Assembly: GCA_030390025.1 (NCBI GenBank)
Contig: CM059431.1
Span: 128,280,001-128,344,000, forward strand
DNA: 64,000 nt
DNA from: Squalus acanthias
Taxonomy: Eukaryota
Direction: 5' to 3'
Position 1 is the first letter of the stretch, and each line of letters begins with the position of its first letter. Of this stretch, positions 11,941 to 23,644 are shown one piece after another. The notes under the pieces are model-generated. The model was not told where the DNA came from. It worked only from the letters and a program-made list of their open reading frames with translations, and did no database searches. Position numbers and translations under genes: made by a program.

Positions 11941-13944
11941 TAGTACACAATGTAAAGAGTATGTAATAGTGGATGAATGGCAATGCAATGCAGCCCCAGT
12001 ATGTCATGCTGTGTGTGTATACAAGCTAGAGAGTTAAACCGAAAGAAAAAAGGGAAAATGCCCAAATACCCTACTGTGCTTGGTCTCCAGCCTCTCCATC
12101 TCCAAAGCTGTGTGCCCTCACTCTGCGAATGATGTTGATGCGGCATCCTCCATTGGAGTTAAAATTTGCAATGTAGTAGAACCTCCACTTGTTCTGTAGA
12201 TCTCCCTCCAAATTGTGGGCTCCTTTTCTTGCAAGAACAGAGGGATTGGGTTAGTATGAGTCCTGCTGAAGGGTTGAAGATGTATGAAGCAGAATAACAT
12301 ATTGCGATGCTGAAAGGAAGGAGTAGTGTGTGTGGGCAAGAGGTGGAAGTTGTTGTGAGGGGAGTAGCACTTGAAGAAAAGGGTTGTGAAGCAGGGGAGG
12401 GAAGCATTGCTCATGCACTGGGCTAAAGCCTAGTGTTGCAGCGCTGTACAGAGATTAAGAGAGATATGAAGGGAATCTTACCTTGGCAATCTTGGTAAGG
12501 TCATTACTTTTTTCCTGTACTTTTTTCCAGGTCCTAGGTACTATGCTGCTGATCTGCTCTCTCTACTGCTGCTGGCTAATTTTCTGGGGCACCAATTGCC
12601 CATCCTTAGGAAGGAGGACTTCCTTCCTATTCCTCACTTGCTCCATGAGGACCTCCACAGCTGCATCAGAGAATCATCATGCTACCAGCTGCATCAGTAA
12701 TGCGCACTGTTCACTGACCACCTTTGAAAAGTGCAGCTTCCCTTTAAGATCTGCATGCTGCCTTTATGTAGTGGCAGAAACACTGGATTTTCTGCCCTTC
12801 CACACTCATCTGTTCTACTTCAGTGAGGCCCGCCACGAATATCCATTAGGCATCCTACCAATGCATTTGTGGGCGGAGTGAATGCCCTGCCCAGCGTCCG
12901 CCCGATCTGTCCTCCACACCAAAACTGACACCAATTTCTACAAAGTAGCTCTCTTTTACTCATTTCACCTTTGAATAGCTGATGCTATCTTTCAGAAGAG
13001 CGTCAATATTTGCGAAGGGTATCAGAGAGTATGTCAGCATTGGCAGGGGATTGGTGGGAGTGTGTCAACATTTATTGCGGATTCCCCATGCAGAAATGTT
13101 TGAAAACTAGTGACATATAATGTCAGTGAATCAGAAATCAAGATTTTTGAACTTTTTGGTCGTTCTTGGTACTTTTTGGTTGTTCTGAGGACTACTACAG
13201 AAAAGTATTCCTGGTGCTGTATGAATTATAGAAACAAGAACATTTTATTCATTTGTATCCGCATATAAGTTTGTAAATCACTGTCAATATTAGTCACAGC
13301 TTATTCCAATGATGAAGCTACATCAGTAGTAATTTATTGATGAATTTCTAGCCGTATAATTCATAACAAGAAATTATAATTCATGATTAGCAAACACAGT
13401 AGATAAAATAATTAACTCATCAAGAAATAACTATGCAGTTACAGAAATAATTTTAAAACATTTTATCACCATATCACTGAACAAACCATTGTGGCAGTGC
13501 TTACCCATAAATTGCAATCAATCCCCTCTGTGTGCTGCTTTTAATACACTGCTAATGTGCTTGCATTAAATTCCTGTCTGTGTTATTTTAATACAGTCAT
13601 TAATCTATGTAAAGTAAACTGGCTAAAGACTGCATTAAAATAGCACATAAAGGAACTTGATATGAATATGTTAACTAATGAATTAAAAACACAAACAGAG
13701 GAAATTAGATCACAAATATTTCAATCTCTCCTTTGGATAGAAAACAACAGTGAAAACCAAATGAGATTGTCAACACAGGTTGCCATTTTTATTTAAAGAC
13801 ATATTAAGAACATAAGAACATAATAATTAGGAGCAAAGTAGGCCACACGGCCCCTTGAGCCTGCTCCACCATCAATAAGATCGTGGCTGATCTTTGACCT
13901 CAAATCCACTTTCCCGCCCGATCCCCATATCCCTTGACCCCTCA

Positions 13945-15170
13945 AGTTGAACCTCTCCAATCAAGATTCCAACCCTGTCCCAGCACTGAAGCAGCACTAA
14001 TCAAAGTGACAAATGACATCCTCTGTGACTGTGACCATAGAGGACTATTCCTCATTGTCCTTCTTGATCTCTCTGCAGCCTTTGATGCAATTCTCCCCCA
14101 ATACCTACCGTCCACTGTCCAGCTGAGTAGGACTGCCCTCGCTTGGTTCCAATCTTACCTATCTAATCATAGCCAGATCATCTCCAGCAATTGTTTCTCT
14201 TCCCAACATACACCGTTCCATCTGGAGTCCACCAAGGATCTATCCTTGTCTCCCTCCAATTTCTCATCTACTTGCTGTCCCTCAGAACCATCATCCGAAG
14301 ACAAGGCATCAGGTTCCACATGTATGCTGAGGACACCCAGCTCTAACGGTCCACCATCTCTCTCATCCCATTCCTTATATATGTGTTGTCAGCTTGCTTA
14401 GCTGATATCCAGTCCCAGATGATCAGAAATTTCCTCCAATTAAACTTTGGGAAGATCAAAGCCATTGTCTTCCCCCCCATGCCCAAATTCTGTTCCCTTG
14501 CTACCAATTCCATTCCTCGTCCCAGTCACAATCTCAGGCTGAATCAGACTGTTCGCAACCTCGGAGTCCTATTTGACCACAAGCTCATCTTCTGACCCCA
14601 TATCCTCCCCATTATGAGCCTATCTGCTGTTGAAAACCTCATTCATGCCTTAGTCACCTCCAGACTCAACTTTTGCAATGCTCTCCCTGCCGGCCTCCCA
14701 TCCTGCACTGTTTATAAACTTAAGCTCATCCAAAACTCTGATGCTCATATCCTATCCCACACCAAGTCCCACTTACCCAACACCCTTGTGCGCCCTACCC
14801 TACATTCGCTCCCAGTTTCCAAACGCCTCCAATTTAAAATTATTATCTCATATTCAAATAACATTATGGCCTTGCCCTCCCTATCTCTGTAACCTCCTCC
14901 AACCCTACAACCCTCTGAGAACTCTATGTTCCTCTAACTTTGGCCTCTGACACTTACCCCACTCCCTTCATCCCATTATTGGCAGCTGTCTAGGACAAAG
15001 CTCTGGAATCCCTTCCCATAACCTTTGGATCCCTATACCTCTCTCTTGTACTTTAAGACTCTCCTTTCTACTTATCTCTTTGAACAAGCCTTTAGTATTT
15101 CCTCCAAATATCTCCTTCTTTGTCTCGGTGTCAATGTTTGTCTGATTACATTTACCTGTGTGAAAGGTGC
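13945..15170 (+). mobile_element. Degenerate L2 LINE RT and 3' region
   Basis: QSRFQPCPSTEAALIKVTND, LLDLSAAFD, FLQLN, LIHALVTSRLNFCNALPAGLP. Confidence 0.85.
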
Positions 15171-15990
15171 TTTGTTGCTGCTTGCTGTTGTTATTGTTGC
15201 AGTTGTTAAAGTTGTTGATATTATTATATTGTCTTTATTGCCATGTATTACCAAGTTAGGTTTTACATAGAATTAGATAGAAATTACAGCGCAGAAATTG
15301 GCCATTCAGCCAAACTGGTCTATGCTGCCATTTATGCTCCACATGAGCCTGCCCCTCTTCATCTAACCCCATCAGCATATCAAGTTTTCACCATGTTAGT
15401 CCTCACAACTGATCTACCATTGATAGACAATGTGGATGATTTTCCCTGGATACTTTAGGTGCTAAAGAGCCTCGAGGTGGCCAAGATGGATCTTAAGCTG
15501 CAATGTTCATTTAGTCTGCGTTTAGCGCAAGACGACATCTTGGTAAAGCGTTGAAGCGTGCGCTAGGAATGGCCGCCTCGAGGCTCGCTAAGGGACTGAC
15601 TGACAATTAAATTGCCTGCTAGCGCTCATTAAAGTGGCTGCACAGCATTTTGGTGGGTAGCGCTTCAATTAACGACTTCTCCTAACAGAGACCAGCTGAA
15701 CAAGAGTAAACAAGTCTTTGTTCAGGATTTCGAGCGCTACTTAAAGCCATGCTCAACTTTCAATGTTCACTTACTGATTGAGATCGACTGACTACACTGC
15801 GTCTGAAGTGGACTTTTGAGACACATCGAGAGACATTCTGGGACACTTTGTCAAGACTTCACCAACACTCTATTGACATTTATTCTGGAAATTCTCTAAA
15901 AAGTGTAAGTGCTGTGCTACTCTAACTTATTGGACACGTTATAGGAGTCACCAGGCGAAAGGGAGTGTTTGGTCATCAGCATCTTGCTAG

Positions 15991-18900
15991 GACAACTGAA
16001 GAACAACAAGGCCTCAGGAGCAGATGGAATCCCCGCCAAGGCACTAAAGCATGGCGGAGAAGAACTACAGGTGCGAATTCATGAACTCATTTCTCTTATC
16101 TGGAAGGAGGAGAGCATGCCAGGGGATCTCCGAGATGCCGTAATTGTGACCATCATCAAGAAAGGTGAATAAGTCCGATTGCGGTAATTACAGAGGAGTT
16201 TCCCTGCTGTCTGCCACAAGGAAAGTCATCGCAAGAATCCTCCTCAATCGCCTTCTCCCAGTGGCCGAAGAGCTCTTCCCAGAGTCACAATGTGGATTCC
16301 GCCCACTAAGGGGCACAATGGACATGATCTTCACCGCACGTCAATTACAAGAGAAATGCAGGGAACAGCACCAACCGCTGTACATGGCCTTCTTTGATCT
16401 CACAAAGGCCTTCGACACTGTCAACCGTGAGGGATTATGGAGTGTCCTCCTCAAATTCGGCTGCCCTCAAAAGTTCGTCACCATCCTCTGCCTGCTTCAC
16501 GACGACATGCAAGCCGTGATCCTGACCAACGGTTCCACCACAGACGCAATTCACGTATGGACCGGGGTGAAGCAAGGCTGTGTCATCGCACCAACGCTCT
16601 TCTCGATCTTCCTTGCTGCATTGCTCCATCTCACCTTCAGTAAGCTCCCCACTGGAGTGGAGCTAATTTACAAATGGGAAACTGTTAAACCTCCGTCGCC
16701 TCCAGTCCAGATCCAAGGTCGCCCCATCCTCTGTCGTCGAATTACAGTATGCAGACGACGCTTGCGTCTGCGCTCACTCGGAGGTCGAACTCCAAACCAT
16801 CATCAACACCTTCACCGAAGCGTACGAGAGCATGGGCCTTATGCTAAATATCCGTAAGACAAAGGTCCTCTACCAACCTGCCCCCGCCACACAATACTGC
16901 CCCCCGATTATCAAAATCCACGACAAGGCCTTGGACAACGTGAACCACTTTCCATACCTCGGGAGCCTACTGTCAACAAGGGCAGACATCGATGACAAAG
17001 TCCAACACCGCCTTCAGTGTACCAGTGCAGCCTTCAGTCACCTGAGGAAGAGAGCGTTTGAAGACCAGGACCTCAAACCCGGCACCAAGCTCATGGTCTA
17101 CAGAGCAGCAGTGATACCCGCCCTGCTGTATGCCTCAGAGACATGGACCATATACAGCAGGCACCTCGAAGCACTGGAGAGGTACCACCAAAGCTGCCTC
17201 CGCAAGATCCTGCAAATCCATTGGCAGGATAGGCGCACCAACGTCAGTGTTCTCGCTCAGGTCAACATCCCCAGCGTCGAAGCTTTGACCACGCTCGATC
17301 AGTTCTGATGGACGGGTCACATTGTCCGTGACATGAATCTTGTCATTCATGTGGAAATGACTTATGAAGTAATACTGGGCGGCCTGTGGGTGGTGCTGTC
17401 CAGGGAGAGTATAAATACTCGGGCATGGGCCCAGCTTGCTCAGGACATTCTTTAACAGGAACTAGTGAAGGATGCAACTAGACCTCCATGTTGAAAAACA
17501 GTTGATTAAAGCTTTGTTTAACGCTTAGACCAAGTGCCTAGTAGTTTTCTTACGTCAATTTAATCAACTGGACCTGCTCCACGCTCTGAGTAGTTTTGGG
17601 AACAGACGGCTACAACTCAAACGGTGGAAGGGAAGCAGAAGTAGTAATCATGGATAAACTATGCTCCCTAACACGTTGCATTCCATCAGGTCTCTCCTTT
17701 CTATATCCACCAATGTTACTCCTCACGAACGATTCTTCGGGTTCCAGCGTCGCTCCACTCATGGGACGTCCCTACCATCATGGTTGGCAGCTCTGGCTCT
17801 GGGCTGCTCCGAAGATTTGTCCGATCCTCCAAGAGTGATCTCCTCGTCGACGAGGTGGAACTAACGGATGTCAATCCTACATACGCGTACATGTAGTACC
17901 CTGATGGCCGGGCGTCCACAGTTTCACTTCGGGATCTGGCTCCCTGCCGAACCGGTCCCACGGACCCAATCGATAGAGAGATCCGTATTAACGACGCCGA
18001 TATTCCTGCGCTCCTCCGAGGATGACGCCCTACCTGGGACAACAAGGGATCTGCCAGCTTCTCCGCCGGATCAACCCGGGAACAGAGCGCACCCCACGGG
18101 ATGGCCACCCAAAACCAGAACGCCAGGTCAATCACCAGCTACTGAGCAGGATGAAGCCAGCTCTGCGCCGGTGGGGACCTGCATCCGGAGCCACGATTTC
18201 CCCAGTCCCCCTCAGGTCGATCAAGGCGACACGGACTCTGCCAGCCTGCCGGTACGGACCAAGCGACCCAGGGACCAAAAAACAGTCCGAGGAGACGTGC
18301 CTTCCGGCCTCCAACGGAGATCCAAGCGAGTGCGTCTATTCTTAGTCCGATTAATTCGGTAGAAGGAAGCCGCCGGACTTCCAATCTTTCAGGCGGGAAG
18401 AATGACATGAATCTTGTCATTCATGTGGAAATGACTTATGAAATAATACTGGGCGGCCTGCTGGTGGCGCTGTCCAGGGAGAGTATAAATACTCGGGCAT
18501 GGGCCCAGCTTGCTCAGGACATTCTTTAACAGGAACTAGAGAAGGACACAACTAGATCTCCATGTTGAAAAACAGTTGATTAAAGCTTTGTTTAACGCTT
18601 AGACCAAGTGCCTAGTAGTTTTCTTACGTCAGTCCGCATGCCTGATACGAGACTCCCAAAACAAGCGCTCTACTCGGAGCTCTGGCATGGCAAGAGAGCC
18701 CCAGGTGGGCAGAGGAAATGCTTCAAGGACACCCTCAAAGCCTCCTTGAAAAAGTGCAACATCCCCACCGACACCTGGGAATCCCTGGCCCAAGACCTCA
18801 CAAAGTGGAGGAGAAGCATCCAGGAAGGCGCCAAACACCTCGAGTCTCTTCGACGGGAGCAAGCGGAAGCCAAGCGCAGGCAGCGCAAGGAGCGCAAATC

Positions 18901-19048
18901 AACCCAAGCACCCCACCCTTCATCCACCGTCTGCCCCACCTGTGACAGAGACTGTAGGTCCCGCATTGGACTCATCAGTCACCTGCGAACCCATTTTTAA
19001 TGTGGAAGCAAGTCATCGTCGGTTCCGAGGGACTCCCTAAGAGAAGAA
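15991..19048 (+). mobile_element. 5'-truncated RTE-clade LINE interrupted by an LTR element
   Basis: ORFs 15969..17308 (NYRGVSLLS, PESQCGFR, FFDLTKAFD) and 18608..19000 (C-terminal Cys/His motif); RTE sequence resumes at 18632. Confidence 0.92.
17329..18631 (+). mobile_element. Internally deleted Ty3/Gypsy LTR retrotransposon (TRIM-sized, 1303 bp)
   Basis: Two 229-bp LTRs (17329-17557, 18403-18631; TGAC...GTCA; about 8 differences); 5-bp TSD gtccg (17324-17328, 18632-18636); purine tract aggcgggaagaa before the 3' LTR; integrase C-terminal remnant (LHSIRSLL..TNVTPHERFF; LVDEVELTDVNPTYAY..PDGRASTVSLRDLAP). Confidence 0.93.
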
Positions 19049-19391
19049 GGGAAGAAGGGAAGAGGGGACCCCCTTGGTCTGCAGGAGGATGCAGAGCAGC
19101 ACGAGCTGCTGCAGGAGAGAGGGACAGGAGGGACAAGGGCGAGGTGGACTCCTTCCACCCAACGGATACAGGACCTCATCCCCCAGGACCTCCAGTGCCG
19201 TGGTTGAGAAGCTGTGCGCCCTCTCACTCGGTCTCTGAGCCATCCTGCAACGTGCCGCTGAGTGTCAGCCAACACAATCACACCTTCAGTGGAAGTGGGT
19301 GAGTGGAGCCCACATTTACTGCTCCACGAAAGTTGCATCTAATCAATGCTTGAGTGCTAAACCTGCAGAGCTCTCTGTTCTACTACCTCCA

Positions 19392-20484
19392 ACCTACGTC
19401 GTCCAGTACTTCCCAGGAGCGGAGAAACTATGCCATGTTCTTTGCAGCCTTCAACATGTCATCGATGACGATGAACACCTCGCTAAGGCCATCCCCACGC
19501 CTCCACTACTCGCCTTCAAACAGCCGCCTTACCTCAAACAGACCATCGTTCGCAGCAAATTACCCAGCTTTCAGGAGAACAGCGACCATGACACCACACA
19601 ACCCTGCCACGGCAACCGCTGCAAGACATGCCAGATCATCAACACAGATACCATCATCACACATGAGGACACCACCCACCAGGTACATGGTACATACTCA
19701 TGTGACTCGGCCAACGTTGTCTACCTCATACGTTTCAGGAAAGGATGCCCCGGAGCATGGTACATCAACGAGACCATGCAGACACTGCGACAACGTATGA
19801 ACGGACACCGCACAACAATCACCAGGCAGGAGTGTTCCCTCCCAGTCGGGGAACACTTCAGCAGTCAAGGACATTCAGCCTCCGATCTTTGGGTAACCGT
19901 TCTCCAAGGCGGCCTTCGAGACACACGACAACGCAAAATCGTCGAGCAGAAACTGATAGCCAAGCACCGCACCCATGAGGACGGCCTGAACCGGGATCTT
20001 GGGTTCATGTCACGCTACATGTAACCCCACCTGACGTAGAGTCATCCAGACTCGAGTCGTCGTTGGCTTGTTCTCTCTACACAGATGTGGCTGGACCTGC
20101 TGTGATTTCCAGCAAAAAAAGTTTTTTGTTTTCCATACAGACCCCAGCATCTGCCACATTTGACCCCTTGTGACCCCACCTCATTGTCTTTGATGTAATG
20201 TCTTCCTGACTGACCTGTTTGGACACCATCCACACCTTTGATTGCCGTGATTATCTCTCTGCCGAGGTGTGATAAAGGGCAGTTAGAAAGATTAACTGTA
20301 ATCATCTGGCAGTGCTCTCTGACTATATATGCTGTGCCTATATGTATTTCTTCACTTCACCTGACGAAGGAGCAGCGCTCCGAAAGCTTGTGATTTCAAA
20401 TAAAGCTGTTGGACTATAACCTGGTGTTGTGCGACTTCTCACATTTGTCCACCCCAGTCCAACACCGGCATCTCCACATCATGG
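19392..20484 (+). mobile_element. 5'-truncated Penelope-like element (GIY-YIG endonuclease and tail)
   Basis: ORF 19299..20024: CKTC, SCDSANVVYLI, WYINETMQTLRQRMNGH, GLNRD; 12-bp TSD ctactacctcca (19380-19391, 20485-20496). Confidence 0.92.
20357..20393 (+). ncRNA. Minimal type I hammerhead ribozyme motif in the Penelope tail
   Basis: tcac-CTGACGA-a-ggagc agc gctcc-GAAA-gc-TT-gtga: both core boxes, stem II ggagc/gctcc, stem I tcac/gtga, palindromic minimal stem III (aagctt). Confidence 0.75.
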
Positions 20485-20601
20485 CTACTACCTCCAGACA
20501 AGTTCAAATTATAGTAATCAGCAATTAGGATCAAAATTGCGTGCTAAAAACAGAATTTCAAACAGGCATGTTGTATTAGCGCATCACCCTCAGGACTGAC
20601 T

Positions 20602-21768
20602 TCTTTTTCTTAATTCATTCCTGGGATGTGGGCGTCAATGGCAAGGCCAGCATTTATTGCCCATCCCTAATTGCCCTTGAGAAGGTGGTGATGAACTGCC
20701 TTCTTGAACAGCTGTAGTCCGTGTGGTGAAGGTACTCCCACAGTGCTGTTAGGGAGGGAGTTCCAGGATTTTGACCCAGCGACGATGAAGGAATGGTGAT
20801 ATATTTCCAAGTCAGGATGGTGTATGACTTGGAGGGGAACTTGGAGGTGGTGGTGTTCCCATGCGCCTGCTACCCTTGTCCTTCTAGGTGGTAGAGGTCG
20901 CAGGTTTGGGAGGTGCTGCTGAAGAAGCCTTGGTGAGTTGCTGCAGTGCATCTTGTAGATGGTACACGCTGCAGTCACGGTACGCCGGTGGTGGAGGGAG
21001 TGAATGTTTAAGGTGGTGGATGGGGTGCCAATCAAGCGGGCTGCTTTGTCCTGGATGGTGTCGAGCTTCTTGAATGTTGTCGGAGCTGCACTCATCCAGG
21101 CAAGTGGAGAATATTCCATCACACTCCTGACTTGTGCCTTGTAAATGGTCGATAGGCTTTGGAGAGACATGAGGTGGGTCACTCTCTCCAGAATACCCAG
21201 CCTCTGACCTGCTCTTATAGCCACAGTACTTATGTGGCCGGTCCAGTTAAGTTTCTGGTCAATGGTGACCCCCGAGGATGTTTATGCTGGGTGATTTGAC
21301 AATGGTAATGCCGTTGATTGTTAAGGGGAGGTGGTTAGACTCTCTCTTGTTGGTGATGGTCATGGCCTGGCAATTGTGTGGCGTGAATGTTACTTGCCAC
21401 TTATCAGCCTAAGTCTGAATGTTGATCCAGGTCTTGCTGCATGCGGGCATGGACTACTTCATTATTTGAGGAATTGCAAATGGAACTAAACACTGTGCAA
21501 TCATCAGCAAACATCCCCACTTCTGATCTTATGCTGGAGGGAAGGTCATTGACAAAGCAGCTGAATATGGTTGGTCCTAGGACACTGCCCTGAGGAAATC
21601 CTGCAGCATTAACCAGTGGCTGAGATGATTGACCTCCAACAATCACAACCATCTTACTTTGTGCTAGGTATGACTCCAGCCAGTGGAGAGTTTGCCCCCT
21701 GATTCCCATTGACTTCAATTTTACTAGGGCTCCTTGATGCCGCACTCGGTCAAATGCTGCCTTGTGCT
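20602..21768 (-). mobile_element. 5'-truncated CR1/L2-supergroup LINE (second family)
   Basis: ORFs 20667..21224 and 21404..21784 (PQGSVLGP, MFADDCT). Confidence 0.88.
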
Positions 21769-21779
21769 GAAAAAAAACA

Positions 21780-22200
21780 CCCACAGGATCTTACTAAAAT
21801 CAATCAGTCTGGAGTCCATGCTTGCATCACGCAGCTGCCTAATGCCTTGTTAGCTAGAGCAAACACTTTCATTACTTTCTCCATTGAGAACCCAGATAGG
21901 GCTCCAACTGCTTCCTGACTTGTACCACCTATTGAATGCACCCATGTCCCCCTGCCGGCTCCTTCACACCACCCCACTACCTTCATGAATCACAAGGGCT
22001 TCGACTCCATTAATGTGTGCGGTCACCAGCAGTGCAACGTGCAGGTGTACTGCATTATTGAAGGTGCAGTTTTGCTTTCCTGGCAACTGCCATCACGCTT
22101 TGCCCCTGTACAGCAAGTGAGCGACTGGCTGCTTGGAGACAAGAGCTATCTGCTGCACACTTGGTTCATGACCCCTCTCTGGTACCCACAGACAAGCCAT
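21780..22200 (+). pseudogene. Harbinger transposase fragment
   Basis: IECTHV-like DNA, MNHKGFDSINV, WLLGDKSY..WFMTP. Confidence 0.7.
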
Positions 22201-23644
22201 TTTTGCTGGCCGATCTGATGACATGTCATCGACCTGAACTATTACTTCTCTTTCTCTCTCCACAGATGCTGCCTAACCTGCTGAGTGTTTCCAGCATTTT
22301 TTATTTTTATTCCATTTTTGTTGGTGTTGGTTGCAGAAAGAATATTGATGAAGACACCAGGAAAGCTCAATGATCTTCTTCAAATAGTGCTATGGTATTT
22401 TTCACAGCTCCCTTAGCAGGTAGACAGGGCCTCAGTTTAATGTTTCACCCAAAAAACTGTACCTTCAACAATGCAGTACACCTGCAGTACTGTATTGTGC
22501 TCAAGTAGGTATGGGCTCAAATCCACAACCTCCTGACTCAAAAGTGAGATTACTAACTGAACTAAACTGATACCAGCCTGAATTTTCCTCCTATTGGCAG
22601 GTTAGTGGAAGAGTGGAAATACCATGCGCCAATGTGAATCCATTGTTAATCCATTGCAAGTTCCTTCTGGGGCCCTCATTTGGTATGCAAGACAAGTTTG
22701 TAGTATTACTACTTCTCCTGATAGGTTTAACACCTCTGGAAGGGAGGGAAATACAATTCTGATACAGTCTTTAAAAGGTTGCAGCCAATTAAAAGCCAAC
22801 ATCACATTCTGAGCAGCAGGAAGAAGAATAGTAGCAATGTCTGAAGCAGCAGCAGAAACAACATCCTTGAGTGGGGTGGGGAGGTCAGGAGCTATCTTAG
22901 ATTTAGTAATGGGTAATGAGCCTGAATTAATCAATAATCTAATGATAAGGGGACACCTAGCTAACAGTGACCATAATATCATATAATTCGATATTAGGTT
23001 TGAGCGTGAGAAGGGTGAGTTATGAACCAAGGGTTTAAATTTAGGTACGGCTGACTTTGGAGGGATGAGGCAGGAATTGACCACAATAGAATGACCAGAA
23101 CTATTAACATATAAAACTACAGATAAACAGTGAGAGGTGTTCAAAAAACTATTTGGTAGAATACAAGACCTGTACATAACCATAAAGGGTAAGAGCTCTA
23201 TGTATGTAATTAAACAACCTTCGTCGACAAGGGAAGTGAGAGATGGTATAAAACTAAAAGAAAGGGCTGATATGATTGCAAAGAACAGACTAGGAGAGAT
23301 ACAGCAAAGGGATACTAACCCTGCAAAAAGGGATTAAGAGAAAAAGCTTGCGAGGACAACGCTAAAAGTTTTTACGAATACATTAAGAGAAAATGGGTGG
23401 CTAATAGTAATGTGGGCCACTTAATGACAGATGCAGGTGATATTGTAATTGGAAATCAGGAAATGGCAGACTTACTAAATAGTTACTTTGCAGTAGAGAA
23501 TGAGGATATAATAATTTACAGTAGAGGATGAGGATAAAATACCAAAGATACAAGGAAAACTAAAAATAAATGAAAGAGAGGAACTTACTAGATTCAATAT
23601 AAGTAAACAAAATGTTGATGGAGAAACTAATGTGATTAAACATA

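Larger units (their letters stand above)
2760..12932. mobile_element. Old, heavily interrupted two-gene Harbinger element (outer layer of a nest); boundaries approximate
   Basis: Transposase pieces on + at about 3000-3138, 7140-7960 and 8963-9130 (FFAIGSFQAATDDISDISQS, CLIDCT, NRKGCH); Myb/SANT exon 1 on - at about 12480-12700 (FSDAAVEVLMEQVRNRKEVL); TIRs only weakly recognisable. Confidence 0.5.
15458..19300. mobile_element. Harbinger-like remnant hosting the RTE insertion; boundaries uncertain
   Basis: GC-rich subterminal-like DNA at 15460-15750 and transposase-like E/Q/R-rich pieces at 19050-19300, resembling other Harbingers in the window. Confidence 0.35.

Noticed and set aside
17868..18362. 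Extra ORF (env-like or accessory) in the LTR element
   Set aside because: Low-complexity Pro/Arg-rich region after the integrase remnant; no signal peptide or transmembrane pattern
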